64,000 bases of DNA from NCBI GenBank assembly GCA_907165135.1, contig OU015567.1:13702001-13766000 (forward strand), read 5' to 3'. The translations under genes were made by a program, and so were the position numbers. The DNA comes from Oikopleura dioica (lineage: Eukaryota > Animalia > Chordata). This document shows, piece by piece, positions 63,507-64,000 of the stretch. Each line of letters starts with the position of its first letter. Position 1 is the first letter of the stretch. The notes beneath the pieces are model-generated. The model ran no database searches. It worked only from the letters and a program-made list of their open reading frames with translations, and was not told where the DNA came from.

Positions 63507-64000
63507 ACAGTAAGGTGCTAAGCTTGATCAGTGCTAAAGGATGAATTTTCTAGGCTGTGAGAGGGGAGTAGTCAGTATTTAAAATTTGCAAGTTTTTTTT
63601 ACCAGGTCAAGTTCTTAATAATTTGAAATCGCTTCGCAATTTCGGAAGTTGCTTTGAACTTTTTTTGTAGCCGCCTTATTCGCCAGGGGTGGTCTAGCTT
63701 CATTTGATGGCTTGAATAATATATTCACAGATTGCCGATGTCTCGAATATATAAATTCGAAGCCACAAGAAAGATAAAGTTTAAAGCCTTTGAACTCTAT
63801 AAAATTGAGTTATTAATAGCTCGAGTGCTCTACAAATAGAATTTTGTCGCCCATCCAATAATTCTATGGAATCGTCAGAACTTAAAGCTTTACAGAGCTT
63901 TCTCTTATTTAGAGAAATCATTACAGTTATCTCTGGAAAAGGAGACATCTGTCTCTATCAATTCCAGGCGGTCAAATACCAGACTTTACCAGTTATCACT

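Overview
Eukaryotic, extremely gene-dense genomic window. It has very short introns (mostly about 30-80 nt), several non-canonical GA/GC/GG-AG introns, and co-oriented gene runs with splice acceptors directly before start codons. This combination points to the larvacean tunicate Oikopleura dioica (inference). Genes in order: 3' end of a muscarinic receptor; Six3/6; three tandem proline-rich/coiled-coil/RING paralogs; a small single-pass membrane protein; TMEM104; aftiphilin; a Cys-rich/kelch-like gene with a 1-nt frameshift; a divergent Shaker-type K+ channel; a small orphan ORF; a giant (~6,700-6,800 aa) Cys-repeat type-I membrane protein mostly encoded by one ~18.3-kb exon; two tandem divergent BTB genes; calcineurin A; a five-gene minus-strand operon-like run (TOMM20, Ppn2/ApaH-like phosphoesterase, NDUFS8, a catalytically dead RIOX2/MINA, PFDN3); and DDX3. 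The most unusual observation is a 1.19-kb calcineurin A intron that splits the invariant Trp of SPHPYWLPNF. No canonical GT-AG pair restores that Trp, and the intron ends are joined by nested inverted repeats (18-bp perfect, 11-bp perfect, and a short helix over the acceptor). This suggests structure-dependent or editing-dependent splicing, or a transposon-derived intron; a single-base assembly error or allele is also possible. Exon boundaries were worked out by eye and need RNA confirmation.
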